Assembly (NCBI RefSeq): GCF_009914755.1
Contig: NC_060926.1
Direction: 5' to 3' (one strand)
Source of the DNA: the human T2T-CHM13v2.0 reference genome, Homo sapiens
DNA: 64,000 bases
Shown: piece after piece, positions 39,808-60,580 of the stretch
How the letters are laid out: every line of letters starts with the position of its first letter
How positions within the stretch are numbered: the stretch's first letter is position 1
Notes under the pieces: generated by a model
Databases searched by the model: none
Seen by the model: the letters and a program-made list of their open reading frames with translations, nothing else
What the model was told of the DNA's origin: nothing
Position numbers and translations under genes: made by a program

Positions 39808-39926
39808 AGCTGGGTGCACTGGTGTACGCCTGTAGTCCCAACTACTCAGGAAGCTGAGCACAGCCCAGGAGTTTGAATCCAGCCTGGGCAACATAGCACA
39901 ACCCCATCTCTGTTTTTGTTTTTTTG

Positions 39927-39959
<33 letters not shown>

Positions 39960-39968
39960 TTAAAAAAA
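39808..39968 (+). mobile_element. FLAM monomer with (GTTTT)n in place of the A-tail
   Basis: GCTGGGTGCACTGGTGTACGCCTGTAGTCCCA...ACCCCATCTCT then (GTTTT)n; TSD AAAAAGCCTA. Confidence 0.8.
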
Positions 39969-40597
39969 GCCTATGAACTAGATGCTGTGATTATGGTGAT
40001 TATGGATGATTTTAATTTTTGGTTTATCTACGTTTTCTAAGCTTTCTATGAAGATTATATATTTCTCTTATTGTAAGGAAAAACATAAAATTACTCTTTT
40101 TCTTGTAGGTCTCTATTTTAGAAAGTAATTCCATATAAATGAAAACAAAACTGCATCTATCCAGCTTTTGGAAAGTCTGTTTGAGTAGAATAATAAGACC
40201 TGACGTAGGGTCCTGGCTCTTGTTAACTGTGTAACCTTGAGTTAGTCCCTTGACCTTTGGGATTCATTTTATTAAATGTAATACGGGGAGCCGGGATGGT
40301 ATAAAATCTGAGCTGTTTTCTAATTCTGAAAATAAAAATTTTTTCTTAGAAGGCTTGTAAGGAGCAATTATGAAAACTTACATGAAAAGTCTCAAAATAT
40401 ACAGCTTCGTGTACATTTTATGGCAATAAAGGACCGTGACTTCTCATCATTCTCTACCATGAGCCTTCCAGTCAAGTGAGATCAGCTGTGTCATTTTACC
40501 CAAGTAAAGCACTTCTGACTTTGAAGACCCTGGAAGTCTTCACTGATGCTCAAGTCCTACCTCCTCGGTGAAGTCTCCCTGACTACTCCAGCCCTAA

Positions 40598-40953
<356 letters not shown>

Positions 40954-43283
40954 CGTATTTGTTTTTTTTTCTCCAAGCCATTGCCTGCAGACAGCAGCCA
41001 TGCTCGCTGTCTCTGTTTTTCCCCTATCCTTGCTCAACCTAGGCTGAGCCCTCCCAGGGCCCTCTGTGTATGTTTGTTAGTGAGGAAGTGTCTGTTAGAA
41101 GAAAGGGTCTGAAAGGTTCAATTAGAGACTCAAGATCTGTGGGGTTCCCAGCTGTCCCTGGAGCAAGGTACCCTTGACAGCCAGTCTATGGTCTATGAGA
41201 GCGTGAAGTTGATTCCTTTTCCTCCAGCTTCCTTTGGGTCTTTCCCCAACCTGGCCTTGGGCAAGGCTGACTCTGGGTTGCTTTTCTGTTGCTGTTACTC
41301 CCTGGAATTGGACCCATAGTTTGAGCCTCCTCTGGAAAAGGGATCACAAGTCTCTCCTTACACTGCTGGCTCCAGGTCACCTCCTGTAGGCCAGGCCTGG
41401 GGGGTGGAGTTGGCCAGAGCACTAAACTATCTGGGGTATGCTCTGGGCCTCTTGGCTGAGAAGGCCAAAACACTCACCATCAGCTCTGCTATTTTCTCTC
41501 TCCCCAGGACCTGGGGAGAAAGGAGGAAGAGCCACTTCTCTTATCACTGTCTTTGGCTGGTCTCATCCATTCCTCTTCCATCCTTCATGCCTCCTCCTCT
41601 CTCTGTGTCATGGTCCCCATTTTTTTCTCCCTGATCACTGTCCCTCTGACAGTGTTTCTGACTTCCAGAGTTCATTTTGAGGCCTCTCTTCCTCATCTTC
41701 TCTCCTTTCCCACCTAGACCGAGCTCTTGTCAGCCCACCTTTCTGTTTCTGGCTGTTTCCACTGTTGTTCCCTGTCCGCAGAGCAAACGGGGCAGGGAGG
41801 CGATGCCACCCTTGTGGGCCCGGCAGGGAGCTGGGTGATTTTTAAGCGTTTTTCTCATTTTAAGGGCTAGGTGATAGAATGGTTGCCTGAGGCCCCACCT
41901 CAGAAGCTGGCCTAGGGTCCCGACAGGAGTTGTCTCACACTCCGTCCCACGGAACTGGGGGTGAGGTGGTGGCAGTGCTGGCATCAGACCATAACATAAA
42001 GGGAGTAGCTGAAGCCCTCCGAAGTAGGCCACGCCTGCGCCATTGCACAGTTCGGAGCTCTCCCATCAGCCCTTCCGAGTGCACTGCCTCAAGTCGCACA
42101 TCCAAAGTGAAATGTGGGTGTTTTAATCACTGAAGAGAATCCTTAATGCTGCTCCTTCAGCACATAGCTGTCTCTCCTGTGCCAGGAACCGCAGGGAGCC
42201 TATTGCTTTCCATCCTGAACTGGATCCAGAAGCGTTAGGTGAGGCTCAATACAATTTTCAGTTGTTATCATGGGAGGCCCTTAGAGACGCTTCTCAGTTC
42301 TAGCAATTAGCCACACAGGGGTCAACCAAGTGTTCTCAGCTCTAATTAACAGCTGTGTTGAATCTGGGACACATAGAATTCCTTTGGGGACGCACTCTTC
42401 AAACAGAAACAAAGCCAGAATAGCAAGCTCTTTCCTCCTTATCAGAGGCTATGAAGTATGAAAATGACTGCTGAGGGGATTCTTAATGAAAATACCGGGA
42501 AGCTGAGTGGCCTCCGGGCTGCATGTATGAATTTAAAGGCAAAAAGACAATCTCAGCTTGACTATGAAGTTATCTGCTGGGGCTCAGGAGGCTCTGGGGA
42601 GCGCTGGGGGAATTAGGTGCCTCTTAGCTCCACTCCCAGAGCCCGGTACACCCAGCAGGCTACATGATAATCATCACCACACAAATCAAAGGCTTGATCT
42701 CTGGCTTCAAAAGGAAAAGGAACAGGAACAGGATACTCTCTGTTGGGACTCCTGCTCTGAGCGGGAACTATGCTGATGCCTGTTCAAGTTGTTCCCTGGG
42801 TATTTTGGCTTCTTGCCCTGCCTGACAGCTGCAGGAGTTCTGTAAGAAATCTGAGGGAGAATTTCCTTTGCAACCATGACTGAGAACCCAGGATCAAGAG
42901 CTTTGCAGACAGAAAAGACATTACCCTTCGAATATCCCAAGCCATCTATTAGGGTCAGCAAGCAGCCGGCAAAAAGCGGGGCAGCTGGTGGTCCAGCCCT
43001 GGGTGGAGAAAGTGGATTCCATCGGGAAACAGCCAGTTGAAGTTTTCTTTACTAACTGAGAGCAAATGCACCGAGGCATTTAAAAATAAGCATATGTTCA
43101 TACTGGAATATTTCAAATGAACAGAAACAACACCTAAGGCCCAGATCGATAAATATTAACTTTGTGACACATTTACTTCACAACTTTTTCTAAACAATTT
43201 GGTATACATTAAAACCTACCCCTTCTTCCCCTGGCTCCACTCCCCACTCCCATCCTGAAGTTAGTAGGTATTTTTCTATGTAA

Positions 43284-44555
<1,272 letters not shown>

Positions 44556-44575
44556 TGGAGATATTTTTCTTGGGG

Positions 44576-46235
<1,660 letters not shown>

Positions 46236-47108
46236 AGTTGTTGGAGGCTCAGTGTGGGCACATTTGAGAGTTAAGGGCTCCACAGGGGTTCAGTCTTGCT
46301 GGCCCCCACACTTTTGTGGGTTTTACTTCCAGGAGCCCTCCACAGTCTCATGGTCAACACTGGAGATGAATCCCCGGTCCTTCTGGCAGGGAGAGGGGAA
46401 AAGTAACCATTTCGAAATATTCTCAGAACATTCTATTCTCCTTAACAAGGCCAGCCCTCAAGAGAAATTGTTTTACCAGGGCCTAACTGACTGGGGTTTT
46501 ACCAGAGATTGACTAACCTGAGGGAAGGGAAATACTCAATTCTGGCTCCCTCCAGCCTTTCTGTGTCACCTAAGGGGGGAATAAAAAGAAAACAAAGCTG
46601 AGAAGAGCTTGTGAAGGTCAGGACTCAGGCACAGACTCACTAAAAGCCTGAGACCTAATCATAGGTCTATAGAACCCATCCCTTCTTCCAACACCTTACC
46701 AACACAGCAATAGGGCTCCTGTATGGTAACGGGGGAATACAGCTCAAGGAATGGCTTGCCTTAGACACATTTAAGAAGTCTCTAGGGAAACGTAAAGCCA
46801 ATAGGGGAGAGAGAAACAAAGACACCAGAGGAAATGTTAGCCTCTGACACCTACAGCTGCAGCAAACAGAAAATAAAGCCTGACTCCCAAGCAGATAAAC
46901 ATAAAACCTCACATGAAAGGCCTGTCCACCTCAGTTCCTTTTAATCAATATCATGTCTGGTTTACGACAAAAAATTACAAGGCCTGCTAAGATGCAAAAA
47001 CACAGTTTGAAGGGACAGAAGAAGCATCAAAACCAGAATTCAGATATGGCAGAGATGTTAGACTTATCAGACGGGGAATTTTGAAATAATTATGATTAAT
47101 GTGCTATG
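46236..47108 (+). mobile_element. L1MC/MD-type 5' region and start of ORF1
   Basis: CAGATATGGCAGAGATGTTAGACTTATCAGACGGGGAATTTT...ATGATTAAT. Confidence 0.7.
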
Positions 47109-47183
47109 ATAGTTTTATTTCTGTGGTTCTAATTCTGACCCATTTTGTTTGATTCTTGTGCTGGATCTCCAGTACAAAGTTAA

Positions 47184-47886
<703 letters not shown>

Positions 47887-48501
47887 TAGGAAAGTCTTCT
47901 ATTTCGTTAGCTAATTCTAGTTAGAGTTTTGTGTTTTTTTTAAGTTACAAATAGATGTAGAATTTTATTGACTGATTTTCCTGTATCCTCTGAGATAATG
48001 ACATGGTTTTCCTTAATTTATTTATGAGTTGAACTGAAATAACAGATTTTTTTCTTATGTATTTCATTATTGCGTTTGTGTGATAAACCCAAATTGCTCA
48101 TGATTGAAGAAAATAACCACATTCCTGGATACGAATTGCTAATATTTTGTTTAGGGTTTTTAAAATTTATATTCATAATCAAAATTGACTTAAATTTTCC
48201 TTTCTTGTACAGTCATTGGCTTTGATATCAAGGATATACTAGCCTCATAAAATGAACTTTCCATCTTGGAGCTCGTTTTTCTGGAAATAAACTTTCCTAT
48301 AAAATCATATGAACTTTATGTTTTCTTTGTGAGGAATTTAACAATTACTCCATTTCTTTTATGATTATAGGTATGTAGATATAGAAATAGTTTCTGTTTC
48401 TGATTAAATGTTATAATTTATATTTATCTAAAAAATACATGTCATTTGTCTTCAAATTTATCGGCACTAATTTGGTCAAAGTATTTTTATTGTAATCATA
48501 A

Positions 48502-48866
<365 letters not shown>

Positions 48867-49517
48867 TCATTCTTCTTTCAAAATATATACATATGACGCA
48901 GTAAATTTTCCTTACGTGTTCCTTGTCCTGTGAGATTAATATGTGACATTTTCAGTTATTTATTTTAATGGTTTATATTCGTTATTATTTTTCTTTGGAA
49001 CTGAATTATTAAAACATATTTTTGTTATTTATTTATGACTTTATCCCACTGTGCTCAGAAAACATGATCTCTATAGAAATTATTTAGTGATTGTTAAGAC
49101 TTCCTTTATGGTGTGTTACATAGTCAATATTTGTAAATGTTTTCTATGTGGTCTTGTAAATGATCTTGAAAAGTTACATATTCTCCATTTGTTGGGTGTA
49201 AGGTCCTATGTGTGTCCATTGAATTGAATTTGTTAAGTCAGTTATACAAAATAGTCTATATCTTTAACTAAATTTATCTGTTTGATATTATTTCCTGTGT
49301 GAAGAATGTTAAAAATCTTCCAGGATAATTATGGCTTCTCAATTTTTTTGTAGACGTTTGTCAAGTTTTTCTCTGTACATTTTGAGGCTATGCTGTTAGG
49401 TCTGTATCTTCCTCATGACTTAATCAACCATTAATTTATTGAGCATCTGTTATGTCCCAGACATTGTTCGAGACATTGAATTAAACAGCATTGAATAAAA
49501 CGTAATTATTATTTTTA

Positions 49518-50348
<831 letters not shown>

Positions 50349-50556
50349 AAAGAGTTATTCTTTTTATTATTATTATGTAATAATACTCTTTCCACTAATA
50401 ATATCTTTTCTTTAATGTTTACTCTTTATAATAATAACATTGGTGTATCTGATTTTTAGGAGATATATATTTTCTGCATTTTTTCCATCACTTTTTTCTC
50501 ATCAATAAATGGCAGGGCATTATTGTTTTTAAAATTCAATCTGAGAATTGTAGACA

Positions 50557-51166
50557 ATTTTTTTTTCAAGACAGTGTCTCAGGCCAGGCACGGTGGCTCA
50601 TGCCTGTAATCTCAGCACTTTGGGAGGCTGAGGCGGGTGGATCATGAGATCAGGAGTTCGAGACCAGCCTGGCCAGTATGGTGGAACCCCGTCTCTACTA
50701 AAAATACAAAAAAATTAGCTGGGTGTGGTAGTGCGTGCCTATAGTCCCAGCTACTCAGGAGGCTGAGGCAGGAGAATTGCTTGAACCTGGGAGGCAGAAG
50801 TTGCAGTGAGCCGAGATTGTGCCACTGACTTCAGCCTGGGCAACAGAGCGAGATTCTGTCTCAAAAAAAAAAAAAAAAAAGACAGCGTCTCCCTCTGTCA
50901 CCGAGGTTGGAGTGCAGTGGTGCAATCATAGCTCACTGCAACCTTGACCTCCTGGGCTCCAGTGATCTTCCCATCTCAGCCTCCTGAGTAGTTAGGACCA
51001 CAGGCATACACCACCACACCTGGCTAATTTTTTTTTTTTTTTTTTTTTTTGTAGAGACAGGTCTCACTGTGTTACCCAGGCTGGCCTCAAATCCTAAGCT
51101 CAAACAATCCTCCTACCTTAGCCTCCCAATGTGCTGCAATTACAGGCGTGAGCCACCCTCCCAGCC
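50557..51166. mobile_element. Antisense AluJ with sense AluSg-like (50582-50880) inserted in it, TSD AAGACAGYGTCTC
   Basis: TSD at 50568 and 50879. Confidence 0.92.
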
Positions 51167-51963
51167 TGTATACTTTTAATCGACAGAAATAATCTCTTTC
51201 CTTTTACTTTGATCACTGATATACTTGGTATTAATTTTAGCAAGTTATTTTGTATTTTCTGTTTGCTCATCGTTTGCTTCTCTTTTTCTCTTTTCCTGTC
51301 ATCTATTATTTTGATTCTTTTAAGTCCTTTTCTTTGTTGGCTCAGAAGTTACATATTCTATATCTATATTTTTAGAAGTTTTTTTGCTATTGTTAATATT
51401 TAACATGTACATTTGCCTTAACAATGCTTAAAGTTACTCAAGAGTTCTATCCTCTTGATAGACCAGCCTGTTGGCCAGGCTGGTCTCGAACTCCTGACCT
51501 CAGGTGATCCTCCCGCCTCAGCCTCTCAAAGCTCTAGGGTTACAGGCATGAGCCACCACATCCTTATATTCTTTAAATTTGATCTCCCCTATTTCCCATT
51601 TGACATCTTATTCTTGATTGGTATTTTACTTACCAATCAATAATTTCTGTTGTTTCTATAATTTCAATTATTTCTAACCCCACATTGGTTTTCAATATTA
51701 TTACTATAGTTCTTACAATATTTGTATAGATTTAATTTACATGTTTACCGATTTATCTTAACTTTTTTTTGCATCTCACGTCATCATTTTTGTTACAATT
51801 TCTTTCTTCAGGTACTCCAGGAAGAAACAATTTTCATAGATTTTCATAGATCTCCAGTGATACCCTGTGAATAATAAACTTTTTTTATTTCTCTGAAAGT
51901 ATTCTCATTTTAGCCTTATTTTAAAGGATACTTTAGTTATGAATATGATTTTAGCTTAAATAG

Positions 51964-52298
<335 letters not shown>

Positions 52299-52808
52299 TA
52301 ATCAAGTCTTTAAGATGCTGTTGCTGCTGATTAGAAATCTGCTGTCAGTCTAATAGTTATTATTTTGTAGTCATATGTCTTGTCTCTGGTTGCTTTTAAG
52401 ACTTTATCTCTGATATTCTGTAGTTTTACCGTCATTCGTGTGTGTGTTTTTTTCAGCTTGTTCCTTCAATGTAAGGACTTAGATCTTTTTTATAAGTATG
52501 GAAACATTTGATCTATTATTTCTTTAAACATTGCCTAGCCGTCTGTCTTCTCCTTCAGGAACTCCTATTAGAAGTATATAGTATTTTCTAATTACGTCCT
52601 CTGTGTCTCTTAACTTTTCTCATACATTTACCATTCTCTTTAATCCCTCTGTACTGCATTCTCTGTGATTTATTCAAATCTGTTTTTCAGTTAAGAAATC
52701 TCTCTTCAGCTATGTCTAACCTGCTGCTTAACTTGTTTAAGCTTTTCATTTCAGTGATAGTTGTTTTTATTCCTTAAAGTTATATCTGTATTTTAAAAAT
52801 CTGCCTAG

Positions 52809-53588
<780 letters not shown>

Positions 53589-53589
53589 C

Positions 53590-54410
<821 letters not shown>

Positions 54411-55694
54411 AATAACTGTAACCTAAATAGATATTTAGTGTAGTAAGTAGTCTCCTTCCAATTTGCTGTGATAGCTAGTTCTTAGGATACAAATTCTTCC
54501 CATTGTTGTACATATGAGCTCTCCCTCGTGCTGGTTCATTGATTCATCTCTTTTATATTTTGTGAACTTTTGAAGAAGGTGTTCTTTTTCCTTCATCTTA
54601 GTGCCCTGAACTGTGAGTGTCACTCTGCTTTGATGTTTTACATTTTCTCTTGCTAGGACTTAAGAAATTTTATGGATCCTGGACCAGTTTGGGGATTTCT
54701 GTAGCTTCAAGGCACAAAAAATATCCACTTTTCCAGTTTACTACAGCATAATTGGATTTACTGCACTAATATGGATCACTCTTTGTTTTTGGGATTTGTG
54801 GTTTCCTTTTTTTTTTTTTCTTTTTTCCTTTCTTTCTCTCAGTCTTGACTATGTAATTAAATTTTTGTATTATTTTATAAAGCATTTTAGTATATTTGTA
54901 GTGAGAGTTAGTTCACATTAGCTTAATATTCCATGTTGTCAAAACCAAAACAATCCATGTAAGTGTTTTAATAGAAAATTACATATAATTTGAGTACAGA
55001 GGGTGAAAACTTAAGAATTAAAAAAAAATAAATAAATAAGATAAACAGTGAAGTTAAAATGAAATCTTTGACAGAGAAGCCCCTAATATTTCTCTATCCA
55101 TTAAGGTACAGATTTGGATGGAAAGCACCAGATTTTCTTTGATCTTTCTGATTTTTTTTTTCTCTAATCTCATTTCTACCACCCTTCCCTTTAATAGACA
55201 TTTTTTTCCTTTGATTTCCCAGGATATGCTCCGTGTAAAGTGTTCTGGCCTTCTCCTGAGCTTTGTTTTCTGAATTTTCCTCCTCACACTGTCTCGTCCT
55301 CAATCCTGAGTTATAATTTTGGAGCTCTTGTTCTAACTTGACAACTAGTTTCTGATTACCCAGCCACTTCCCATGCTTATCATCTGGCCAGGATAAACCA
55401 GGCTTATCTCAACAATTCTAGTGCTAATTTTATATCTTTAATCCACAAATTGCTTGCTGTTCTTAGTGCCCAGCATTTTCATGCCAAAAAGTTTGCATAA
55501 AGTTAGTCTCTTTATGGGGAAAATTTTGATAAATGGAAGGAATGTGTGCAATTCTCTATTGCCATCATTAAAGTGGAAGTGGAAAGGCCTTGTGTTGTGA
55601 AATAAAACCATTTCTTCATTCCCATATTTAGTTTTTTTTCAAGTCCACACACATTTCTACTTCCCTATTTTGTGTAAACAATGGTGCTTCCTTT

Positions 55695-55878
55695 TTTTCC
55701 TTTAAGAGAGAAAATCCCTGTCACCCAGGCAGCCTCACCTTGAACTACTGGGCTCAAGCAATCCTCCTGCCTCATCTTCCCTAGTAACTGGGACTACAGG
55801 ACAACACACCGTGCCTGGCTATTTTTTTTATTTTTAATTTTTAGAGATTGGGGGTCTCACCCTATTGCCCAGGCTGGC
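55695..55878 (-). mobile_element. Degenerate AluJ fragment
   Basis: GGGCTCAAGCAATCCTCCTGCCTCA...GCCCAGGCTGG. Confidence 0.8.
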
Positions 55879-56338
55879 GCTTCTGATTGAAGTCCTCCAA
55901 AGGACTTTTATTGCGTTCAGATTGAAGTTTAAATTTCTCACAGTGGCCTACAAGGATCTACATGATCTGGCCCTTGCCTAGTCTTCATACTCAACTCTGT
56001 ATCTTCCTTTCAATGGGTAGATTCGGGTATTCTTTTATTTCTAGACATTTTTATTAGGTAATTATAATTTTAAATATTCTGTTTTAATGTTTTGTTTTCA
56101 GTCTTTATAAACTCCAATTTTCCATATGTTGGATCTTCTCTGCTGATCTCTGATATACATTACTCTGAATCAATTTTAAATAAATGGTTATCACTTCAAC
56201 TCAAGCATGTACTAAGTGCCAAGTATGCTAGAATATACCCTAGTCAGTGATTTTTTAAAAGGGATCACACATGGTTCATTTTGCTGACTATGAGCTGATA
56301 ATTATGTAGAGGCAGTGTATATGGAGAAAACAGCTTGA

Positions 56339-56666
56339 GGCTGGGCATGGTGCCTCATGCCTGTAATCCCAGCACTTTGGGAGGGCAAGGTGAGCAGATT
56401 GTTTGAGCCCATGAGTTCAAGACCAGCTTAGGCAACATAACAAAGCCCTGTCTCTACCAAAAATACCAAAAAAGGAAATTAGCTGGGTGTGGTGGCATGC
56501 CTGTAGTCCCAGCTACTCGGGAGGCTGAGGCAGGAGGATCACTTGGGAGGCTGAGGCAGGAGGATCACTTGAGTCTATGAGGTCAAGGATGTAATGAACC
56601 AAGATTGTGCCACTGCAGTCAAGTTTGGGTGGCAGAATGAGATCTCATCTCAAAAAAAAAAAAAAA
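56339..56666 (+). mobile_element. AluJ with 26-bp internal tandem duplication, TSD GAAAAYAGCTTGA
   Basis: GGGAGGCTGAGGCAGGAGGATCACTT twice. Confidence 0.93.
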
Positions 56667-56929
56667 GAGAGAAAATAGCTTGATAAAAAAATGAAGGTGT
56701 CAATAATAGATGAATAACTACTAAAACAGGATAAAGGCATTAGATGATATAGAATCGAACTGTGTAGCCAAAAACAGTAAGAAAAGCTACCTATAAAATT
56801 CAGGTTTAATGGGCTCTATGGAAGAAATCTTATATTTTCCATTCATTTATTAATGCTCACATTGATCTTTATTTTAACACTTACTGACATTATATTTAGA
56901 CTTCATATTTTCTTATCTTTATGCTACTT

Positions 56930-57297
56930 TGTGTGCTTTGAATGTTTATGTGCACCCCCCCATCCCAGAATTCATATTTTGAAACTAATACCCAATGTGA
57001 GGGTATTTAGAGATGGGGCCTTTGAGAGGTGATTAGGTCATGAGGGCAGAATGCTCCTGAATGGAATTAATGCCGTTATGAAAAAGGTTTCAGAGAGATC
57101 CCCACCCCTTCTGCCATGTGAGGTTACAATGACAAGATGGCCTTTCTATGAGAAAGTGGGTTCTCATCAGATGTAAAATCTGCTAGCACCTTGATCCTGG
57201 ACTTTCAGCCTCCAGAATTGTGAGCAATAAATTTCTGTTATTTATAAGCCACTCAGTGTATAGTATTTTGTTATAGCTTCTTGAACAGGCTAAGACA
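56930..57297 (+). mobile_element. MLT1A-type MaLR LTR
   Basis: GATTAGGTCATGAGGGCAGA...CCTCCAGAATTGTGAGCAATAAATTTCTG...CTAAGACA. Confidence 0.88.
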
Positions 57298-57389
57298 CTA
57301 CTGTATAAATGTTCCCCTGGCAGATATTTGATGCTTTTTCTGTGTTCCTTCAGAATTTTGTACCAACTTCTATTATAGCACTGCCTACT

Positions 57390-57630
57390 TGGGCTGTAAG
57401 ACAGTTTAGCTCAGTGGCCCAGAGTGGTGACTCTAAAGTCAGACAGATGTGACATAGATTCTTAGCTCTGCCACTTACTAGCTTTGTGACCTCAATCAAA
57501 TTACCTGACCTATAAGCTTCATTTTCTTGATCTGTCAAATGAGGGTAAGAATAGATAGTCATAAATGCTAAATCAGACAATGCATGTAAAGTGCTTAGTA
57601 CAGTGTCTGACACATAGTAAACTTCAATTC
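57390..57630 (+). mobile_element. MIR (followed by antisense Alu monomer 57632-57762 and L2 end to about 57895)
   Basis: GCTCTGCCACTTACTAGCTTTGTGACC...AAAGTGCTTAGTACAGTGTCTGACACATAGTAA. Confidence 0.85.
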
Positions 57631-58447
57631 ATCTTTTTTTTTTTAAGAGATGGGGTTTCATCACGTTGCGCAGGCTGGTCTCCAACTCCTGGGTTCAAGA
57701 AATCAACCCACCTCAGCCTCCCAAAGTGCTAGATTTACAGGCATGAGCCACTGTACCCAGCCAATTCATCTTTATAGGTGCTTGTCTGCCTTACTGTACT
57801 ACAGTCTCCATGAAGATGTGGACCATGGTATGTTCTTTTTTTGTACTCAAGTACCTGACATGTAGTAAGTCCTAGTAAGTGTTTGTTGGGTGAATTTGCA
57901 GCTCTGTATAATAGTCCTTTTTCTTAACAAAAGGTCATATGCCATGTTGGTTCACTATCTAGGAGACTTTTAAACAGAGAACAGAGAGCCTAGCATGTGC
58001 TCATCTGGTAAGGTGTGCTTCAGGGTAAATAGTTATTGATACTTGTAACTCTTTTTAACCTATGATCTAGAAAACTCCATTAGTCTGGCTTTCCCCACAG
58101 TTCTTGTGTCCATTAATTTTTCTGTCCACAAAGTTTTCTACCATCCCCACTGAAGACATGCCTGTGGTTTTCTGGGATGACTAATTATTTTATTTTAAAT
58201 TCACCTCTAAATCTTTATTCCAGAGCATCCTGTATGCAGTTAAAGTTATTAATATTTTGCATTTGGCACCCCTGAGAAATATCAGCATTCAATTATGGAC
58301 CACATTCTCCTCTTTTCTCTAGTTGCTCCAATGTTGCATTTCCCATGAAGTTTATTAAGAATTTAAGGAGGGAGGAAAACAACCCAGCTATCTTTCCCTT
58401 TGACTGATGGCACTAATTTAAATTTTCCCTTTAAAAGTAATGTGTGG

Positions 58448-58803
58448 TGATATGGTTTGGCTGTGTCCCCCGCCCAGATCTCATCTTGAATTCCCACGTG
58501 TTGTGGGAGGAACCTGGTGGGAGATAATTGAATCATGGGGGCAAGTCTTTTCCCTGCTGTTCTCAGGACAGTGAATAAGTCTCATGAGATCTGATGGTTT
58601 TAAAAATGGGAGTTTCCCTGTAGAAACTCTCTATTTGCCTGCTGCCATCCATGTAAGACGTTGACTTGCTCCTCCTTGCCTTCTGCCATAATTGTGAGGC
58701 ATCCCCAGCCATGTAGAACTGTAAGTCCATTAAACCTCTTTCCTGTATAAATTACCCAGTCTCAGGTATGTCTTTATTAGCAGCTTGAAAACAGACTAAT
58801 ACA
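58448..58803 (+). mobile_element. THE1B-like solo LTR
   Basis: TGATATGGTTTGGCTGTGTCCCC...AACAGACTAATACA; 5-bp TSD TGTGG/TGTGA. Confidence 0.92.
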
Positions 58804-59019
58804 TGTGAATATATTGGTATAGATATAGGTATTATTATGGCTATACTGGAGACATATATGTAGTTTTTTATATGGATGAAAAAGTCTGGAAAAATACATC
58901 TCAACAAGTTAACCGTGGTCATCACTGGGTGGTGATGTTATCGGTGTTTAGTTTTTCTTTCTACTTCTCAAAATAAGGCCTTGATGGGTTGGTTTCTTTT
59001 CTGCTTTCACTTTAGCTGT

Positions 59020-59520
59020 AATAATTCTCCGAGACTATTAACTGTTTTCAAAGTCTATTTTCCCATTCGTTTAGGTAATAGGACCCTTAACTTTTAGCTG
59101 AATACAAGATGACCAGAATAAAGACTACATTTTCCAGCCTCCCTTGAAACTAGCAAGAGCCGTGTGTCCCCCTTCTAGTTAATAGGATGCAATTAGAAAT
59201 GTCACGTGCAATTTGGGGAAAGTGTCCTTGAATGGAAGATGCACTCTCCTTCCTTCCTTTTCTCCTTCTTGCTGATGAGGAGGCAGATTTAATGACTAGA
59301 AGTTGAGCAACCCTTTTGGACCAGAAGAATAAAAGTCACACCCTAGGGATGGCAAACTGAAAAGCTGGAAGAGGCCTGGGTTCATGACAATTCCGCAGAC
59401 CTTGCCAAACTGGCCTTAGACTTCTCATCTCCAGATGTTTTACATGAGGGCAACATATACGTTTAAGGAATGATTAATTTGGGTTTTATGTTATAGACAA
59501 ATCAAATCCTAACTGGTGTG
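59020..59520 (+). mobile_element. MLT1J-like MaLR LTR
   Basis: AAGACTACATTTTCCAGCCTCCCTTG...AATCCTAACTG. Confidence 0.7.
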
Positions 59521-59689
59521 AAATTAGTGTATAATTCATATTTTCCTTTGCTTCAGTAGTGAAGAATTTGTATTATATGCTCTTCCCCAGACACGCTTAA
59601 CATAATTTCTGTAAGTGAACTGTCAAGCTTTAATTCTTATGCAGTTTTAAGATTGTTAAATCTTGCATATCTCTAGTTCAATGAAAACA

Positions 59690-60580
59690 TTAGCATATGT
59701 TTACCAGAACACACATAAAAAAATGTTCATGGCACAATCCATTTGTAATAGCAACAATTTATTAAACCACTGATAAACATGGTTAAATAAATTGTGGTAC
59801 AGTCCTGCTATTGAGTGTTACACAATGGTGAAAATGAATAGAGTATGATCTCAACATTATTGATCAACCTTAGCAATATAGTATTGAGCTAAAAGAACAA
59901 GTCCTAGAAGACAACATATAATACATTCAAAACAAATAAAACTAGTATACTGTTTAGGCCCACGCAAATGTGCAATGAAATTTAAAGAAGAGCAATGTAT
60001 GATAAAAACAAAATTTAAAAGAATAGTTACTACTGAGAAGAATGTTGGGGTCTGGTATGGGATGGAACAGGTAGGTCGATGTATGTCATGGAGAGTTTTT
60101 GGCTTTTGGGTTGAGAGGTGGGGTTATGAGTGGTTTCTTGTATTATTATAACACATACAACGAAAATAAATGAAATGAGGTTTATTTAAAAACCAATGGG
60201 CCAGTCATAGCCCTTGATTCATGACACACTATTAATATGAATCAGAACTGTGATTAATCCAGTTTTGTGCTTCTGAAGTTCATAACACAATCATACCACT
60301 TAGGAAGCTGCCTATTATGCAGGCCTGGTTTTATTTCTATAAATCAGGCAACAAGGATGGATGTGTTTCTATTTGTGTACCCAACTGTTTCCCTAACCAG
60401 GTTTTTAAAAATAAACTTTTAATTTTAGAATACTTTTAGATTTACAGAAAAGTTGCAAAGATAGGACAGAGTTCCTGTAACAACCCCCACCAACACCACT
60501 TCCCCTGCTGTTAACACCTTGCATTACTGTAGTACATTTGTTCCCACTAATGAACCAATGTTGATACATTATCATTACCC
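59690..60580. mobile_element. Old L1 3' fragments (sense 59690-60160; antisense 60405-60580)
   Basis: AATAAATTGTGGTACA; TTTTAGATTTACAGAAAAGTTGCAAAGATAG. Confidence 0.7.
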
